Below, one piece after another: positions 29,150 through 39,344 of a stretch of 64,000 nt of DNA (position 1 is the first letter of the stretch; every line of letters starts with the position of its first letter). Position numbers and translations under genes: made by a program. Location of the stretch: the NCBI GenBank assembly GCA_016125495.1, contig WGLQ01000003.1:1-64000 (forward strand). Reading direction: 5' to 3'. Below the pieces are notes generated by a model that did no database searches, was not told where the DNA came from, and saw nothing but the letters and a program-made list of their open reading frames with translations. This DNA comes from Hyphomicrobiales bacterium. GTDB lineage: Bacteria; Pseudomonadota; Alphaproteobacteria; Rhizobiales; RI-29.

Positions 29150-29177
29150 CTTGTAGGTGCCGAATTGTCGCCTACCT
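29150..29177 (+). promoter_or_regulatory. candidate RpoH (sigma-32) promoter of lon: CTTG-N17-CCTACCT
   Basis: Read directly. Matches the alphaproteobacterial sigma-32 pattern CTTG-N17-CYTATNT at 6 of 7 positions in the -10. About 125 bp upstream of the lon ATG. lon is heat-shock regulated in related bacteria. Confidence 0.3.
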
Positions 29178-29300
29178 TAGAGGATCGTGTAGCATTGCTG
29201 GCGAAGGGCATTGCGCCATCGTCGCCAGCTGAACAAAAAACGTCGAGGTCGGCCTTCCGGTCGCTGCCGGATGGAGCCGGGTGAGCATAGGAAGCACATC

Positions 29301-31727
29301 ATGAGCGAGAAAAGCAGGGACGAGCTGGGCAAGCTGGCGGGCTCCTATCCGGTGCTGCCGTTGCGCGATATCGTCGTGTTCCCCTACATGATCGTGCCGC
29401 TCTTCGTCGGGCGCGAGAAGTCGATCGCCGCCCTCGAGGAGGTGATGCGCACCGACAAGCAGATTCTGCTCGCGGCCCAGCAGAACGCGAACGACGACGA
29501 TCCGAAAGTGGAATCGATCTTCAAGGTCGGCACCCTCGCGTCCGTTCTGCAGCTCCTCAAGCTGCCCGACGGGACCGTCAAGGTGCTGGTCGAGGGCTCG
29601 ACGCGGGCGCGGATCACCGGGTATCGCGACAACCCCCTGTTCTTCGAGGCCAATGTCGAGCGCGTGGTCGAGACGGTCGGCGAGAAGGCCGAAGTCGAGG
29701 CGCTCGCGCGCTCGGTCGTCACGCAGTTCGAAAGCTACGTGAAGCTCAACAAGAAGATTTCGCCCGAAGTGCTCGGAACGGTCTCGCAAATCGCCGACTA
29801 CTCCAAGCTGGCCGATACGATCGCTTCGCACCTCGCCATCAAGATCGCCGACAAGCAGAAAATCCTCGAGATCGAAACGGTCGCCGAGCGGCTCGAGCGC
29901 GTCTACGAACTCATGGAGAGCGAAATCTCGGTGCTGCAGGTCGAGCGCAAGATCCGCACGCGGGTCAAGCGCCAGATGGAGAAGACGCAGCGCGAATACT
30001 ACCTCAACGAGCAGATGAAGGCGATCCAGAAGGAACTCGGCGACGGCGACGAGCGCGACGACATCGCCGAGTTCGAGCAGAAGATCGAGGACACGAAGTT
30101 CACCAAGGAAGCCAAGGACAAGGCGCTCGCCGAACTGAAGAAGCTCAAGATGATGAGCCCGATGTCGGCCGAGGCCACCGTGGTGCGCAATTACCTCGAC
30201 TGGCTGCTGTCGATCCCGTGGGGCGTCAAGGGTAAGGTCAAGAAGGACCTCGAGGAGGCGCAGGCCATCCTCGATGCGGACCACTACGGCCTCGAGAAGG
30301 TCAAGGAGCGCATCGTCGAATACCTCGCCGTGCAGAAGCGCACCAACCGGATCAAGGGTCCGATTCTGTGCCTCGTCGGACCTCCCGGCGTCGGCAAGAC
30401 CTCGCTCGGACGTTCGATCGCCAAGGCGACGGGGCGCGAGTTCGTGCGCATGTCGCTCGGCGGGGTGCGTGACGAGGCCGAGATCCGTGGCCACCGCCGG
30501 ACCTACATCGGCTCGATGCCCGGCAAGGTCATCCAGTCGATGCGCAAGGCCAAGAAGGTCAACCCATTGTTCCTGCTCGATGAAATCGACAAGATGGGGC
30601 AGGATTTCCGGGGCGATCCGGCAGCCGCGCTGCTCGAGGTTCTGGACCCCGAGCAGAACAACACGTTCAACGACCACTATCTCGAGGTCGACTACGACCT
30701 CTCGAACGTGATGTTCGTGACGACGGCCAACACGCTCAATCTGCCGGCACCGCTGATGGATCGCATGGAGATCATCCGCCTCGCCGGTTACACCGAGCGC
30801 GAGAAGGTCGAGATCGCACGGCGTCACCTCATTCCCGGCCAGCTCGAGGACCACGGCCTCGAGCCGCACGAGTGGACGATCGACGATGAGGCCCTGCAGC
30901 TCATCATCCGGCGCTATACGCGCGAGGCGGGCGTGCGCTCGCTCGAGCGCGAGATTGCCAAGCTGGCCCGCAAGTCGGTGACGGAGATCGAAAAGACCGG
31001 CAAGTACGCCGTCCGCATCACGCCGGAGAACCTCGAGGGCTACCTCGGTGTGCCGAAGTACCGCTTTGGCGAGGCCGAGCTGGCGGACCAGGTCGGCGTC
31101 GTCACGGGTCTCGCCTGGACGGAGTTCGGTGGCGAACTGCTGACGGTCGAGGGCGTCATGATGCCGGGCAAAGGCAAGATGACGGTCACGGGCAATCTGC
31201 GGGACGTGATGAAGGAATCCATTTCGGCCGCGAACGCCTACGTGCGCTCGCGTTCGGTCGATTTCGGCATCAAGCCGCCGATGTTCGAGAGCCGTGACAT
31301 CCACGTCCACGTGCCGGAGGGGGCAACGCCCAAGGATGGCCCCTCCGCCGGTGTCGCGATGGTGACGGCGATCATCTCGCTGATGACCGGCATCCCGGTG
31401 CGCCGGGATGTGGCCATGACGGGCGAGATCACGCTGCGTGGCAGCGTGCTGCCGATCGGCGGGCTCAAGGAGAAGTTGCTCGCGGCGCTGCGGGGCGGCA
31501 TCAAGAAGGTGCTGATCCCGGCCGAGAACGCAAAGGACCTCGCGGACATCCCTGACGAGGTCAAGACACGCCTCGAGATCATCCCCGTCGCCCGCGTCGA
31601 GGAAGTCCTCAAGGTCGCTCTCGAGCGTATGCCCGAGGCTGTCGAGTGGTCGGAGAACGAGACCCCGGAGGCCAAGCCGGCGAATACCGGCGAGGCCGAG
31701 GCACCGGCCGGCGTGGTGGCGCACTAG
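29301..31727 (+). CDS. lon: ATP-dependent protease Lon
   Basis: 808 aa. LON N-domain. Walker [10 protein letters not shown]. Protease Ser in PKDGPSAG. K in the KLLAA context. Long acidic/Ala C-terminal tail. Confidence 0.95.
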   Translation: MSEKSRDELGKLAGSYPVLPLRDIVVFPYMIVPLFVGREKSIAALEEVMRTDKQILLAAQQNANDDDPKVESIFKVGTLASVLQLLKLPDGTVKVLVEGSTRARITGYRDNPLFFEANVERVVETVGEKAEVEALARSVVTQFESYVKLNKKISPEVLGTVSQIADYSKLADTIASHLAIKIADKQKILEIETVAERLERVYELMESEISVLQVERKIRTRVKRQMEKTQREYYLNEQMKAIQKELGDGDERDDIAEFEQKIEDTKFTKEAKDKALAELKKLKMMSPMSAEATVVRNYLDWLLSIPWGVKGKVKKDLEEAQAILDADHYGLEKVKERIVEYLAVQKRTNRIKGPILCLVGPPGVGKTSLGRSIAKATGREFVRMSLGGVRDEAEIRGHRRTYIGSMPGKVIQSMRKAKKVNPLFLLDEIDKMGQDFRGDPAAALLEVLDPEQNNTFNDHYLEVDYDLSNVMFVTTANTLNLPAPLMDRMEIIRLAGYTEREKVEIARRHLIPGQLEDHGLEPHEWTIDDEALQLIIRRYTREAGVRSLEREIAKLARKSVTEIEKTGKYAVRITPENLEGYLGVPKYRFGEAELADQVGVVTGLAWTEFGGELLTVEGVMMPGKGKMTVTGNLRDVMKESISAANAYVRSRSVDFGIKPPMFESRDIHVHVPEGATPKDGPSAGVAMVTAIISLMTGIPVRRDVAMTGEITLRGSVLPIGGLKEKLLAALRGGIKKVLIPAENAKDLADIPDEVKTRLEIIPVARVEEVLKVALERMPEAVEWSENETPEAKPANTGEAEAPAGVVAH

Positions 31728-31874
31728 AACGGCCGCGAGGCCCACGGATTGGCGCGTCTCTGTCCGCCCGGACCATCCGAGCGGACAGAGACGATGTCAG
31801 CCAGGCAGACACCGATCTGTGGCCGTCGTGCCGAATTGGGACAAATCCCGGGACTTGCGTCGGGTCTCGGACAC

Positions 31875-31896
31875 ACCCCCCATTTGAAGGGGGTTA
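31875..31896 (+). terminator. possible intrinsic terminator downstream of lon (CCCCCC-ATTTGAA-GGGGG-TT)
   Basis: G/C stem with short T-tail about 150 bp after the lon stop. Confidence 0.3.
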
Positions 31897-32173
31897 GGCG
31901 CACAACCACATGATGGAAAGCGGCTTTTCCTCTTCAGATTCGGTTCCGCACCGACCGGCCGGTCGCTTCTTGAAGGCTTGACGACAGACCGGCAGCGCCC
32001 GTAGATGGCCGCCGCTGCGGAGTTGGGGAGTGCTCTTGCATGCGTAACTCTTGAACCTGTTGTCGTCGCAAGCCCCCTTTGTCCGGCGGTCGCGCAACGA
32101 GGGCTTGCGCGGTGGCAGGTGTGTTGTGCACCCGGACTGTCGACGGCGCCAAAATATTCAGAAGGACGTTGTG

Positions 32174-32452
32174 ATGAACAAACGGGAGCTGGCAGCCGCG
32201 CTGGCCGAGAAATTGAACCTGAGCAAGGAGCAAGCCGGCAATTTTCTGGATGCGTTCCTCGCGGTCGTGACGACGCAGATGCAGAATGGCGGAGAGGTCA
32301 AGATCGCCGGTTTCGGCAACTACAAGGTCAAAACCAAGCCGGCACGCATGGTGACGCCACCGGGGCAGGGCGAGGCCCGCATGATCCCGGCGTCGGTCGT
32401 GCCGAAGTTCACCCCGGCCAAGGCGCTGAAGGATCTGCTCAACGGCAAGTGA
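32174..32452 (+). CDS. hup: HU family DNA-binding protein
   Basis: 92 aa. MNKRELAAALAEKLNLSKEQAGNFLDAF...GFGNYKVKTKPAR...NPRTG-like arm. ATG preceded by GGACG. Confidence 0.85.
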   Translation: MNKRELAAALAEKLNLSKEQAGNFLDAFLAVVTTQMQNGGEVKIAGFGNYKVKTKPARMVTPPGQGEARMIPASVVPKFTPAKALKDLLNGK

Positions 32453-32575
32453 GCCGGGTGGCCGAATGGTGGGCCGCGCGAGTTGCATGCACATATCTCG
32501 TCGCGCCTCGGCAGCGGTAGCGAGATTGCAAAGATGGGCACGCGTGGCGGGGTTTTCGCCACGCGCACTGGATGC

Positions 32576-32651
32576 GGGCGGTTAGCTCAGCTGGTAGAGC
32601 ATCTCGTTTACACCGAGAGGGTCGGCGGTTCGATCCCGTCACCGCCCACCA
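32576..32651 (+). tRNA. tRNA-Val(TAC)
   Basis: Acceptor GGGCGGT/ACCGCCC + A73 + CCA. Anticodon arm TCTCG-TTTACAC-CGAGA. T-arm GGCGGTTCGATCCCGTC. Confidence 0.9.
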
Positions 32652-32704
32652 GCCACTTCAAGACTCTGGGTCGTGCGTGGCGCCCGTGAGAGCCGTGTCT
32701 TCGC

Positions 32705-32875
32705 TCACGAAAAGAAGACGTCGTGCAGGATGAAGTGCCCCTCGAACAGGTTGATACCGGCCAGGGACTTCAGCACGTACAGCATCGACAGCGCCGCCAC
32801 GAGCGCCCCGGCACCGAGCGCATGAAGCATCGCCTGGGCCACCACGTCGCGCCAATCGTAGATCATTCCGGTCAT
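32705..32875 (-). CDS. small hydrophobic membrane protein (56 aa), not in the 60-aa ORF track
   Basis: Translated by hand: MTGMIYDWRDVVAQAMLHALGAGALVAALSMLYVLKSLAGINLFEGHFILHDVFFS. Strong GC3 bias (about 85%). One predicted TM helix. Confidence 0.35.
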   Translation of the reverse strand: MTGMIYDWRDVVAQAMLHALGAGALVAALSMLYVLKSLAGINLFEGHFILHDVFFS

Positions 32876-33038
32876 CCCCCCGCCGAACCGTTGCGAGGGC
32901 TGGATTGCAATCGGCGGGCCAGATGGACGAGCAACGACGCCCTCGGTGGCGCCGATCGCATTTCGGCGGCATGCCTTGCCGAGGCGCCCTCGGCCGACTA
33001 ACGTCCCCGGATCGTCCCATCATCGATCGAGGCTCGAG

Positions 33039-34112
33039 GTGCCGGAGAATCCCCCCGCCCGCGCAATCGCAGGCAGTATCGTCGACCTCGTCGGCAACAC
33101 GCCCTTGATCGAGCTTCAACGCGCTTCCCGCGAAACGGGTTGTCGCATCCTCGGCAAGGCCGAGTTCCTCAACCCGGGTCAGTCGGTGAAGGACCGGGCC
33201 GCGCTATCGATGATCCGCGATGGCGAGAGGCGCGGCTTGCTGCGCCCCGGTGGTGTGATCGTGGAGGGCACCGCCGGAAACACGGGAATCGGGCTCGCGG
33301 TCATCGGGCGGGCGCTCGGTTACAGAGCCCTCATCGTCATTCCGCAGACGCAGTCGCAGGAAAAGAAGGATGCCCTGCGGGCCGCCGGGGCGACGCTCGT
33401 GGAAGTGCCTGCCGTGCCCTATCGCGACCCCAACAACTACGTGCGCTACTCGGGGCGGCTCGCCGAGGCGATGGCGGAGCGCGAGCCGGCGGGTGCGTTC
33501 TGGGCCAACCAGTTCGACAACGTCGCCAACCGGCAGGCTCATATCGACACGACCGCCCCGGAAATCTGGCGCGACACGGGCGGAGAGGTGCACGGCTTCG
33601 TGGCCTCGGTCGGCTCGGGCGGCACGATCGCGGGCGTTTCGATGGGGCTGGCGGCGATCGATCCCAAGGTGCGCATCGCCTGCGCCGATCCGCACGGTTC
33701 GGCGATCTTCAGCTACGTGACGACGGGAGAGCTCAAGGCGGAAGGCTCATCCATCACCGAGGGCATCGGCCAGGGCCGGGTGACGGCCAACCTCGAGGGC
33801 GCGCGGATCGACACCGCCTACCGGATCGCGGACGAGGAAGCACTCGCGATCGTCTTCCGGCTGATCGAGGAGGAGGGGCTCTGCCTCGGCGGCTCGAGCG
33901 GCGTCAACATCGCCGGGACGATCCGTCTCGCACGCGACCTCGGGCCGGGGCACACCATCGTTACGGTCCTCTGCGATTACGGGACGCGCTATCAGGGCAA
34001 GCTGCTCAACCCCGCGTTTCTCGCCACCAAGGGTCTCGCCGCGCCCGCCTGGCTCACCGCCCTCCCGCAGGTTCCCGACGTCCGCGTCGCGGCCGGGGGT
34101 GGCGATGCGTAG
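33039..34112 (+). CDS. cysteine synthase / PLP-dependent beta-replacement enzyme (CysK/CysM/CBS family)
   Basis: PLP lysine context NPGQSVKDRAAL. GTAGNTGIGLA. GSGGTIAG glycine loop. Start taken at in-frame GTG 33039 (VPENPP...). Exact start uncertain. Confidence 0.7.
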   Translation: MPENPPARAIAGSIVDLVGNTPLIELQRASRETGCRILGKAEFLNPGQSVKDRAALSMIRDGERRGLLRPGGVIVEGTAGNTGIGLAVIGRALGYRALIVIPQTQSQEKKDALRAAGATLVEVPAVPYRDPNNYVRYSGRLAEAMAEREPAGAFWANQFDNVANRQAHIDTTAPEIWRDTGGEVHGFVASVGSGGTIAGVSMGLAAIDPKVRIACADPHGSAIFSYVTTGELKAEGSSITEGIGQGRVTANLEGARIDTAYRIADEEALAIVFRLIEEEGLCLGGSSGVNIAGTIRLARDLGPGHTIVTVLCDYGTRYQGKLLNPAFLATKGLAAPAWLTALPQVPDVRVAAGGGDA

Positions 34113-34127
34113 AGCAGAGGATAATTC

Positions 34128-34844
34128 GTGAGCACGCCACTGTTCCACGACGACGCCTATCTCGGCGCGACCGAGGCCACGGTCACCGGCATCGACGCGC
34201 GGGGCGGGATCGCTCTCGACCGCACGGTTTTTTATCCGACCGGCGGCGGCCAGCCAGGAGACAGCGGGCGGCTCGTTCTCGACGACGGCACCGAGATCAC
34301 CATTGCGACCACGATCTACGACGCCGACCGCAAGACCATCCTGCACGTGCCGGCCAGTCCACCCGCCGAGGGATTGCTGGCACCGGGCCGGGCGGTGCGA
34401 GGGGTGATCGACTGGGAGCGGCGCTTCGACCTCATGCGCACGCACACCTGCCTGCATCTCCTCTGCTCCCTCATTCCCGCGCCCGTGACGGGCGGGGCGG
34501 TCGAAGCCGCCAGGGGCCGGCTCGATTTCGACGTGCCCGAAGCGATCCTCGAAAAGGAGGAGCTGACGGCCCGTCTCCAGGCGCTGATCGCCGGCGACCA
34601 CGAGGTCTCGAGCACGTGGATCACGGATGCCGAACTCGATGCGAATCCGGGGCTGGTGCGTACGATGTCGGTGCAGCCGCCGCGCGGCTCGGGGCGGGTC
34701 CGGCTGGTGCGCATCGGCGAGGTCGATCTGCAGCCCTGCGGTGGCACGCACGTGCGCTCGACGCGCGAGATCGGAACTGCGAAGGTGACGAAGATCGAAA
34801 AGAAGGGCGCGCTCAATCGGCGGATACGAGTCGAATTGACGTGA
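34128..34844 (+). CDS. alanyl-tRNA editing protein (AlaX-M-like, AlaRS editing-domain homologue)
   Basis: 238 aa. Zinc-binding HxxxH and CxxxH motifs (HTCLHLL ... CGGTHV) characteristic of the AlaRS/ThrRS second additional domain. GTG start with GAGGA RBS. Confidence 0.7.
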   Translation: MSTPLFHDDAYLGATEATVTGIDARGGIALDRTVFYPTGGGQPGDSGRLVLDDGTEITIATTIYDADRKTILHVPASPPAEGLLAPGRAVRGVIDWERRFDLMRTHTCLHLLCSLIPAPVTGGAVEAARGRLDFDVPEAILEKEELTARLQALIAGDHEVSSTWITDAELDANPGLVRTMSVQPPRGSGRVRLVRIGEVDLQPCGGTHVRSTREIGTAKVTKIEKKGALNRRIRVELT

Positions 34845-34949
34845 GCGACGGTTCCGCCGAAGTCGAGTGGTGGATCGTGGGGCCAAGGGGCGTCGACACG
34901 AGTGCGCCCCTCCTTCTGGGACGCAAGGCGCGCGGGCATGGAGGACGAT

Positions 34950-35810
34950 ATGACTGACGGTGGCAACCGGTGGCTGGTCGGAACCGACTGGGTGGCGAGC
35001 CACCTTGCCGCGCCCGATGTCGTGATCGTCGATGCCAGCACCTACATGCCGGCGGCAAAGCGCAACGGCTATCAGGAATTCCTCGCCGAGCGTATCCCCG
35101 GCGCCGTCTATTTCGACGTCGATGCGATCGCCGATCGCTCCGTCGACTTGCCCCACATGCTGCCCGACCCGCGCGCCTTTTCGCTCGCCATGCGCCGCCT
35201 CGGCATCGGCGACGGCATGCGCATCGTCGTCTATGACAAGGAGAATTATCTCGGCGCGGCCAGGGTCTGGTGGACGTTCCGGGTGATGGGCGTCGAGGAT
35301 GTCGTGATTCTGGACGGGGGCCTCGGCAAGTGGAAGGCGGAAGGCCGACCGCTCGAGGACGGCCCGCCCGCCAAGCGTGCGGAACGGCACTTCACGGCCC
35401 GCCGTCGCGCCGGACTGGTTCGCGATCTCGGCGACATGCGGGAGGTCGCAGAGAGCCGTTCCGCCCTCGTCGTCGATGCGCGCTCGCGCGAGCGCTTCGC
35501 GGGGACGGCGCCGGAGCCGCGCCAAGTGGCACGGCTCGGGCACATCCCTGGCTCGAGCAATCTGCCCTTCAACGAAGTGATCGGCGCGGACGGACGCTTC
35601 CGGCCGGTGGATGAAATCCGCGCGGCCATGGCGGGGATCGGCGTCGAGCCGGGGCGACCGGTGATTGCGACCTGCGGGTCAGGCCTCACGGCGTGCGTGC
35701 TCGCCTTCGCCATGGCGCTCGCCGGGCGCGAGGACGTCGCGGTGTACGACGGTTCATGGGTCGAGTGGGGAAATACGCCAGACGTGCCGATCGATACGGG
35801 ACCGGCCTGA
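34950..35810 (+). CDS. sseA: 3-mercaptopyruvate / thiosulfate sulfurtransferase (tandem rhodanese)
   Basis: 286 aa. Active-site loop CGSGLTAC in second rhodanese domain. Conserved WVEWG. Confidence 0.8.
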   Translation: MTDGGNRWLVGTDWVASHLAAPDVVIVDASTYMPAAKRNGYQEFLAERIPGAVYFDVDAIADRSVDLPHMLPDPRAFSLAMRRLGIGDGMRIVVYDKENYLGAARVWWTFRVMGVEDVVILDGGLGKWKAEGRPLEDGPPAKRAERHFTARRRAGLVRDLGDMREVAESRSALVVDARSRERFAGTAPEPRQVARLGHIPGSSNLPFNEVIGADGRFRPVDEIRAAMAGIGVEPGRPVIATCGSGLTACVLAFAMALAGREDVAVYDGSWVEWGNTPDVPIDTGPA

Positions 35811-35924
35811 ACCGCAGAACACATCCGAATGGCGCCTCCGGGCTGCCCTCGGGGCGCGCTTGCCCAACCTGCAACAGGCGAGCCGGCGGCGGGCCGGACA
35901 TTCCAGTCAACGACAGAGTACGCA

Positions 35925-37109
35925 ATGAGCAAGCCGAGCGACGAGACCAAACACGACCGCAAGACCCGCCTCGCCCACGCCGGGCGCGATCCCTGGCGCT
36001 TCGACGGGTTCGTCAACCCGCCGGTCTATCGCGGCTCGACCGTGCTCTTTCCGACGCTCGATGCCATCGAGAGCGGCAACCAGCGCTACGTCTACGGGCG
36101 CCGGGGGACGCCGACCGTCGAAGCGCTCGAGGAGATCGTAGCGGAGATGGAGGGAGGCGCGCGCACGGTGCTGGTGCCCTCGGGGCTCGCGGCCGTGACA
36201 TCGACGCTGCTGGCGCTGACGAAGGCGGGCGACCACATCCTCGTCAGCGACAGCGTCTACAAACCGACGCGGCTCTTTGCTTCGGGGATGCTGTCACGTT
36301 TCGGCGTGACGGTGGAATATTACGATCCGCTCATTGCTGGGGGCATCGCGAGCCTCATCCGCGACAACACGAGCATGATCTATTGCGAGAGCCCGGGCTC
36401 GCAGACCTTCGAGATGCAAGACCTTCCGGCGATCTCGGAGGCGCGGGGCGGAAGGGACATCTGGCTCGTCGTCGACAACACCTGGGCATCGCCGCTCTAC
36501 TGCAATCCATTCCGGCTCGGGGCCGACGTCTCGATCCAGGCGGGAACGAAATACGTGGTCGGACACGCCGATGCCCTGCTCGGCACGGTGACGGCGAACG
36601 AGCGGGCGCGGCTGCCCGTCGTCAAGGGCATCCAGGACGCGGGTCACTGCGCGGGAAGCGAAGAGGTTTTTCTCGGGCTCAGGGGCATTCGGACACTCGC
36701 CGTGCGTCTCGAGCGGCACTGGCGATCCGGCATCACGGTCGCGAGCTGGCTCGAAACACGCCCGGAGGTGGCGCGCGTGCTGCATCCGGCGCTACCCTCC
36801 CATCCCGGGCACGCGATCTGGAAGCGCGATTTCACCGGCGCCTCGAGCCTCTTTTCAGTTGTCCTTAAGCCTGTCCCGAGGGAGGGATTGCGCGCGTTCG
36901 TCGAGTCCCTCAAACTGTTCGGAATGGGATTTTCATGGGGCGGATTCGAAAGCCTCGTGGTGCCCTTCGATCCGCGAAGCCACAGGTCGGCCACGGCGTG
37001 GGACGCCGAAGGGCCGTGCCTGCGTTTCCATATCGGCCTCGAGGAGGCGGAAGATCTCCTTCGCGATCTCGAGCGGGGATTTTCCGCCATGGCTCGCGCC
37101 GCGACCTGA
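35925..37109 (+). CDS. metC: cystathionine beta-lyase-type PLP enzyme (transsulfuration family)
   Basis: 394 aa. Cys/Met-metabolism PLP family. PLP-Lys context SIQAGTKYVVGHAD(A). MSKPSDETKHDRKTRLAHAG N-terminus typical of MetC. Confidence 0.75.
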   Translation: MSKPSDETKHDRKTRLAHAGRDPWRFDGFVNPPVYRGSTVLFPTLDAIESGNQRYVYGRRGTPTVEALEEIVAEMEGGARTVLVPSGLAAVTSTLLALTKAGDHILVSDSVYKPTRLFASGMLSRFGVTVEYYDPLIAGGIASLIRDNTSMIYCESPGSQTFEMQDLPAISEARGGRDIWLVVDNTWASPLYCNPFRLGADVSIQAGTKYVVGHADALLGTVTANERARLPVVKGIQDAGHCAGSEEVFLGLRGIRTLAVRLERHWRSGITVASWLETRPEVARVLHPALPSHPGHAIWKRDFTGASSLFSVVLKPVPREGLRAFVESLKLFGMGFSWGGFESLVVPFDPRSHRSATAWDAEGPCLRFHIGLEEAEDLLRDLERGFSAMARAAT

Positions 37110-37650
37110 GGGGCACCTCCTCATGCGGCGCCGCGGAGTGCTGCGCACGCCCCTCCTCCCGCCGACGCACCCGCCCCGGGTAATCTCCCAGGTGACCGGA
37201 ACGGAGCCCACCGGTATGGTCCTCTTGTGATCGAGGACGGGCCGGGAGCCATCCACAAGAGCCCGCACGGTCACCCGAGCCACGGCGACAAGCCCGGTCG
37301 GAACCTGGGAAGGCACTGCAAGAGGCACCGAAAGGGAGGGGTGGTACGGCTGCGAACCATGGGCCACCCCTCGCGCCAGCACTGACGACGGCGGCGGCAA
37401 AATCGCCACCTGCCCGGACGACGAGAAGACAAAAAAAAGGCGGTCTCGACGACCGCCCCAGTCGAACCCTAGGAAGAGACGAACGCGGTCGGCTGCCAAG
37501 CCACGACCGGCGCTCATCGAGGCCGAATCTACGCGGGTCGGGTTGCCGATGCCTTAACGCATTGCCGCCGGCGGGGTGAACCTGTTCTTCCCGGGCATGC
37601 GAAACACGCCGCCCATTATCCGCCATCCGGAGCACGAACGAACCGCCCTA

Positions 37651-39309
37651 TCAGTCGGAAAGGCGCACCGGCCCGCGCTCGGCCCAGACGTCGCCCGGCC
37701 CCGGATTGCCCGCGGGCGTGCCGCCGCCGAGATGGCGAACCACTCCCCAGACGGTGTTGAGCGCCGTCTGGACAGCTCCCTCCACCCAGCCCGGTGTCCA
37801 ACTCACGTCGTCGCCGACGAGGAAAATTCCGCGCTCGGCGGGCGCGAGCCCCTCCTGCATGAAGTGCCCGAACATTCGGTGGTTGTAGCGGTAGTGCCCG
37901 GGGAGCGCCCCCTTGAAGGCGCCAAGGAAATTGGGGTCCGACTCCCAGCTCACGGTGATCGGATCGCCGATCACGTGCGAGGCGATATCGAGGCCGGGAT
38001 AGATTTTCGCGAGCGCCTCGAGGGCGAGCGAAACGCGCCGGTCCACCGGCATCGGCAGCACCTTGAGGGCATCGGACATCCAGGTATAGCTGAGGCAGAT
38101 GACGCCGGGCCGATCGTCGCCGTTATCGAAGAGATAGGTGCCGCGCGTCAGCCGGTCGGTCAGCGTCATGGACATGACGTTGCGGCCGGTCGTCGGGTCC
38201 ACGTCCTTCCAGAAGGGGCGATCGACCATGACGAAGGTCTTGGCGCTCTGCATGTAGCGCGTGCGGTCGAGCGCCATCCACAGCTTGGGACTGAAAAGCC
38301 GCTCCTCCGTGGTGATCGAGGTGGTCAACATCCAGCTCTGCGTTGCAACGACGACGACGGGAAAGCGATCGGTGCGGCCCCAGCGGTCGCGCACGAGGAA
38401 ATCACCGTCGCCATCGCGCGACAGGGCGACGACGCCGGGTCGGGGCGCGCCGCCATTGAGCGCGGAGAGGGAAACGCCGGCCGGCCAGTGGGTCGGGCGG
38501 TCGCAGGGACGGCGCCAGAGCCCCTGCGGCACCTGCTCGACGCCGCCGGCGATGAAAAACTGCTCGGCGTCGCACTCGGTGGCGTTGACGCGCAGGATCT
38601 CGAGCATCGAGTTCGGGAAATCCGAATCCCAGCCGCCGGTGCCGAAACCGACCTGACCGAAAACCTCCCGATGATGGAAGGACAGCCGCCGAAACGACGA
38701 CGACGAGGCAACGAAGTCGTAGAAGGTGCGCTCGTCCCAGGCCTCCACGATCGGATCCCAAATCTCCTTGATCGCGCGCCAGTCACGCCGCGCGATCGCC
38801 GCTTTGAGGTCGGAAAAGCGCGCCCCCTCCTCGAGCGCGGCGTCGTAGGCTTCGGCCACTTCGCGGAAGATGACGGGCAGATCGGCGAGCGTGCGGGCAT
38901 GGTGCGAAACGCCTTCGAGGTCGATGACCGTCGACCCCGCCGCCTCGGTGAGCGGATTCGGGAATGGGCGACGCTCCACTCCGATCTTGTCGGCATAGTG
39001 CCAGAAGGCGCTCGACGAGCGCGGGAACCGCATGCCGCCGAGTTCGGCGATGATGCCGTCGGCCCCCTCGAATGGTTCGGAACGCAACCGGCCTCCGAGC
39101 CGGCCGGCTTCATAGACCACCGGCTGGAGGCCGATGCGCATCAATTCGTAGGCGGCAACGAGCCCGCCGATGCCGGAGCCGATGACGGCGATGCGCGTGC
39201 CGTGACGCTCCCCGGGCAGCACACCGAGGCCCTCGGGGCTCGATAGCCAGTCATCGTAGGCGAACGGCAAGTCCGGGCCGAACATCGTCATGTGCGCGCC
39301 GTTCGACAT
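37651..39309 (-). CDS. flavin-containing amine oxidase, amino-acid 2-monooxygenase type (tryptophan/lysine 2-monooxygenase IaaM/DavB-like)
   Basis: 552 aa from MSNGAHMTMFGPDLPF with AAGGAG RBS. FAD dinucleotide fold IAVIGSGIGGLVAAYEL. Collinear with IaaM/DavB family. Track ORF extends 5' into junk. Confidence 0.8.
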   Translation of the reverse strand: MSNGAHMTMFGPDLPFAYDDWLSSPEGLGVLPGERHGTRIAVIGSGIGGLVAAYELMRIGLQPVVYEAGRLGGRLRSEPFEGADGIIAELGGMRFPRSSSAFWHYADKIGVERRPFPNPLTEAAGSTVIDLEGVSHHARTLADLPVIFREVAEAYDAALEEGARFSDLKAAIARRDWRAIKEIWDPIVEAWDERTFYDFVASSSSFRRLSFHHREVFGQVGFGTGGWDSDFPNSMLEILRVNATECDAEQFFIAGGVEQVPQGLWRRPCDRPTHWPAGVSLSALNGGAPRPGVVALSRDGDGDFLVRDRWGRTDRFPVVVVATQSWMLTTSITTEERLFSPKLWMALDRTRYMQSAKTFVMVDRPFWKDVDPTTGRNVMSMTLTDRLTRGTYLFDNGDDRPGVICLSYTWMSDALKVLPMPVDRRVSLALEALAKIYPGLDIASHVIGDPITVSWESDPNFLGAFKGALPGHYRYNHRMFGHFMQEGLAPAERGIFLVGDDVSWTPGWVEGAVQTALNTVWGVVRHLGGGTPAGNPGPGDVWAERGPVRLSD

Positions 39310-39344
39310 ATTTATCTCCTTATCCGAAAGGGCCGATCCCGGCT

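Noticed and set aside
33140-35543. 605-aa plus and 598-aa minus ORFs spanning the cysteine synthase, alaX-like and sseA genes
   Set aside because: Alternate-frame or antisense. Arg/Pro-rich. The annotated frames carry PLP, zinc and rhodanese motifs.
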